64,000 nucleotides of DNA, taken from positions 6,696,001 through 6,760,000 of the forward strand of contig NC_081332.1 of the NCBI RefSeq assembly GCF_022539665.2, written 5' to 3'. The position numbers and the translations under genes were made by a program. This document shows positions 62,745 through 64,000 of this stretch, in pieces. Within the stretch, counting starts at the first letter, position 1. Each line of letters begins with the position of its first letter. Source of the stretch: Daphnia carinata. Lineage: Eukaryota. The notes under the pieces were generated by a model, which saw only the letters and a list, made by a program, of their open reading frames with translations, did not search any database and had not been told where the DNA came from.

Positions 62745-64000
62745 TAATCAACGTGCTGGTCGAGCTGGTCGAGCTGGTCGTACCGGCCCGGGACATTGTT
62801 ACCGACTCTATTCTTTTGACGTCTTTAATGACGAGTTTGAAAAATTTTCCTTGCCAGATATCGCGCGAAGGTATTATTATTATAGATTTGGCTACTGTCA
62901 AGGGAAGTATAACAAAGTTTTATTCCAGACCCATCGACGACTTAGTTCTGCAAATGAAATCAATGGACATTGAAAAAGTTATTCACTTTCCTTTCCCCAC
63001 ACCACCTGATATTTATCAGTTATATGCAGCTGAGCGTCGGCTATTATTGCTAAATGCACTGGAACCGCCGCCACGCAGCGTAGGACTCAAACGTAAGATT
63101 CGTACTGTTTTTCAATTACATTTTAAAATATTGAAAATTCATTTTAGCATTTACAGAAAGCCAAGAATGGACGTCAAAAATCACTCCACTTGGCAGAGCC
63201 ATGGCAGCTTATCCATTAGCACCGCGCTTTGCAAAGATGTTATTATTAAGCCAACAAAATGACCTACTTCAGCTGAGCATTACTCTGGTGGCTGCCCTAT
63301 CAGTACAAGAACTTGTGCTGGATCAGCCAGCCGATTCTGTAGCAGGCGATACTCACAGAAGGTGGCTTGGTCAACGTCGATCCTGGGCTGGAACGGGACA
63401 GTCCCTACTTTTAGGAGACCCCATGGTACTCCTGCGTGCTGTTGGCGCCGCCGAGTACTCGGGTGATATTGAAGCGTTTTGTTCCACGAACGGGATACGT
63501 AGCAAAGCTCTTCGTGAAGTCCGAAAACTGCGGGTCTAGCTGACAAACGAAACGAACTTGATTTTACCATCGGGCACTGCATCGATTGTGGTTGACCCTC
63601 GCATGGCGCCCCCCTACTGAATTGCAAGCCAAACTTTTGCGTCAGATTCTGATGGCTGGACTTCCCGATCACGTGGCTAAGCGAATACCTCCAAATGAAA
63701 TCAAGGAAACCGAAGACTGTAGAAAGTACAAATACGCTTATCGCTGCCCAGAAATGGAAGATCCTGTCTTCCTGAACCCATCGAGTATCTTGCGCTATTC
63801 GCACCCCGAATGGATCATTTATCAGGACATTTATGAACATGCCAACAAAATCTATTTGCGTGGTATTACGGCCATCAAACCCGAATGGCTGACTATATTC
63901 AGTCCTACACAGTGCACCTTCTCTGCCCCCTTGGAGCTTCCTGCCCCTCGTTATGATTCAGACCAGGGCCGTGTAATGTGTCACATGAATGTTACATTTG
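62745..64000 (+). pseudogene. DHX37: DHX37/Kurz DEAH-box RNA helicase, C-terminal part, disrupted (runs off the window)
   Basis: [70 protein letters not shown] and LLGDPMVLL. TAG at 63537-63539, extra C in the run at 63609-63614, and no helicase exons upstream. Confidence 0.85.

Noticed and set aside
63280..63840. 186-aa minus-strand ORF
   Set aside because: Antisense shadow of the DHX37 coding sequence.

Overview
Eukaryotic, AT-rich window with short (mostly ~60-150 bp) GT-AG introns. It is probably arthropod, most likely Daphnia (inference). There are two apparently intact host genes: a secreted Tyr/Thr/Ala/Pro-repeat protein (5065-6468, next to a decayed paralogue) and a ~1589-aa single-pass LRR membrane protein (43926-50056). 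Much of the rest is a nested transposon field: EnSpm/CMC elements with CCCTAG ends, a DIRS tyrosine-recombinase retroelement, an RNase H-bearing LINE, a BEL/Pao element, several solo LTRs, three GATC-rich hAT MITEs and pogo-like MITEs. Broken host-gene copies are scattered through it (carotenoid oxygenase, Acf1/BAZ1A, DHX37). The most striking structure is a 10.4-kb foldback element (17440-27846). It has a near-perfect 9-bp TSD, tandem-repeat termini and >2-kb inverted arms, and it sits inside the FPPF motif of the DIRS methyltransferase-like domain. It has no visible transposase. Instead it carries three intron-containing SURF6-like gene copies and an Akt PH-domain fragment joined to the SURF6 exons, like a Pack-MULE. 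Inside the Akt intron is a young 2.8-kb Gypsy-type element with identical LTRs that encodes only Gag. All family assignments come from motif recognition by eye; no database searches were run.
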